From the NCBI GenBank assembly GCA_950097015.1, contig CATNEN010000039.1:13206001-13270000 (forward strand): 64,000 nucleotides of DNA. The letters run 5' to 3'. The translations under genes were made by a program, and so were the position numbers. The notes beneath the pieces were generated by a model that saw only the letters and a program-made list of their open reading frames with translations, was not told where the DNA came from and searched no databases. Shown here in pieces: positions 62,790 to 64,000 of this stretch (its first letter is position 1; each line of letters starts with the position of its first letter). Source of the DNA: Macrostomum hystrix (Eukaryota; Animalia; Platyhelminthes).

Positions 62790-63849
62790 ATATGTGACCA
62801 ATGTCTAACAGGTGATCAGTGTCTAACAGGTGATCAGTGTCTAACAGGTGATCAGTGTCTAACAGGTGATCAGTGTCTAACAGGTGATCAGTGTCTAACA
62901 GGTGATCAGTGTCTAACAAGTGATCAGTGTCTAACAGGTGATCAATATCTAACAGGTGATCTATATGTCTAACATGTGATCAATGTCTAACAGATGATCA
63001 GTGTCTAACAGGTGATCAGTGTCTAACAGGTGATCGGTGTCTAACAGGTGATCAGTTTCTAACAGGTGATCAGTGTCTAACAAGTGATCAGTGTCTAACA
63101 GGTGATCAATATCTAACAGGTGATCTATATGTCTAACATGTGATCAATGTCTAACAGATGATCAGTGTCTAACAGGTGATCAGTGTCTAACAGGTGATCA
63201 GTGTCTAACAGGTGATCAGTGTCTAACAGGTGATCAGTGTCTAACAGGTGATCAGTGTCTAAGAAGTGATCAGTGTCTAACAGGTGATCAATATCTAACA
63301 GGTGATCTATATGTCTAACATGTGATCAATGTCTAACAGATGATCAGTGTCTAACAGGTGATCAGTGTCTAACAGGTGATCAGTGTCTAACAGGTGATTG
63401 GTTTCTAACAGGTGATCAGTTTCTAACAGGTGATCAGTGTCTAACAGGTGATCAGTGTCTAACAGGTGATCAGTGTCTAACAAGTGATCAGTGTCTAACA
63501 GGTGATCAATATCAAACAGGTGATCTATATGTCTAACATGTGATCAGTGTCTAACAGGTGATCAGTGTCTAACAGGTGATCAGTGTCTAACAAGTGATCA
63601 GTGTCTAACAGGTGATCAGTTTCTAACAGGTGATCAGTGTCTAACAAGTGATCAGTGTCTAACAGGTGATTAATGTCTAACAGGTGAACAATGTCTACCA
63701 TGTGATCAATGTCTAACAGGTGATCAATGTCTAACAGGTAATCAGTGTCTAAGGGGTGATCAATATATCCAGCGGGTGATTAATGTCTAACAGGTGAACA
63801 ATATCTAACAGGTGATCAGTGTCTAACAGGTGAACAATATCTAACAGGT
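62790..63849. repeat. 18-bp minisatellite (GTGATCAGTGTCTAACAG)n
   Basis: Directly visible. Confidence 0.95.
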
Positions 63850-64000
63850 TGTAGCCTAACAAACAATTAAATTGTCAACAAAGGTTTACAAAGTAATAAT
63901 TTTCCAACAATTGCACTTTAATCATCTAAGCTTAACGTGTACTTGTTTGTTTTTTTCAAAACAAGAGAAAAAAATGTGTTTACGTTATGAAAACGTTTTG

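Overview
Eukaryotic (metazoan) genomic DNA with spliceosomal GT-AG introns, GC-richer exons and a very high density of micro/minisatellites. The style resembles a free-living flatworm such as Macrostomum, but this is inference and was not verified. Genes reconstructed by hand: (1) the 5' part of an alpha7-type nicotinic acetylcholine receptor subunit on the minus strand, missing from the ORF track apart from exon 1, with two tandem 45-nt versions of exon 3; (2) a possible orphan ORF; (3) an FMRFamide-receptor-like GPCR; (4) a 5-exon ELOVL4-like elongase with an X-box upstream; (5) a secreted PAN/Apple-like + ALK/LTK glycine-rich protein; (6) a membrane-anchored C-type lectin; (7) a small secreted 6-Cys prepro-protein. 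Mobile elements: a 5'-truncated LOA/R1-group LINE with intact ORF2 and a 9-bp TSD; an intact, very young CsRn1-type Ty3/Gypsy element inserted in a 30-bp satellite; a minisatellite-carrying hAT MITE (two copies); a tRNA/CORE SINE; and a second satellite-bearing dispersed repeat. Most notable: the duplicated nAChR exon 3, and one MITE-associated minisatellite lying in inverted orientation on both sides of a frame-preserving exon in two different genes.
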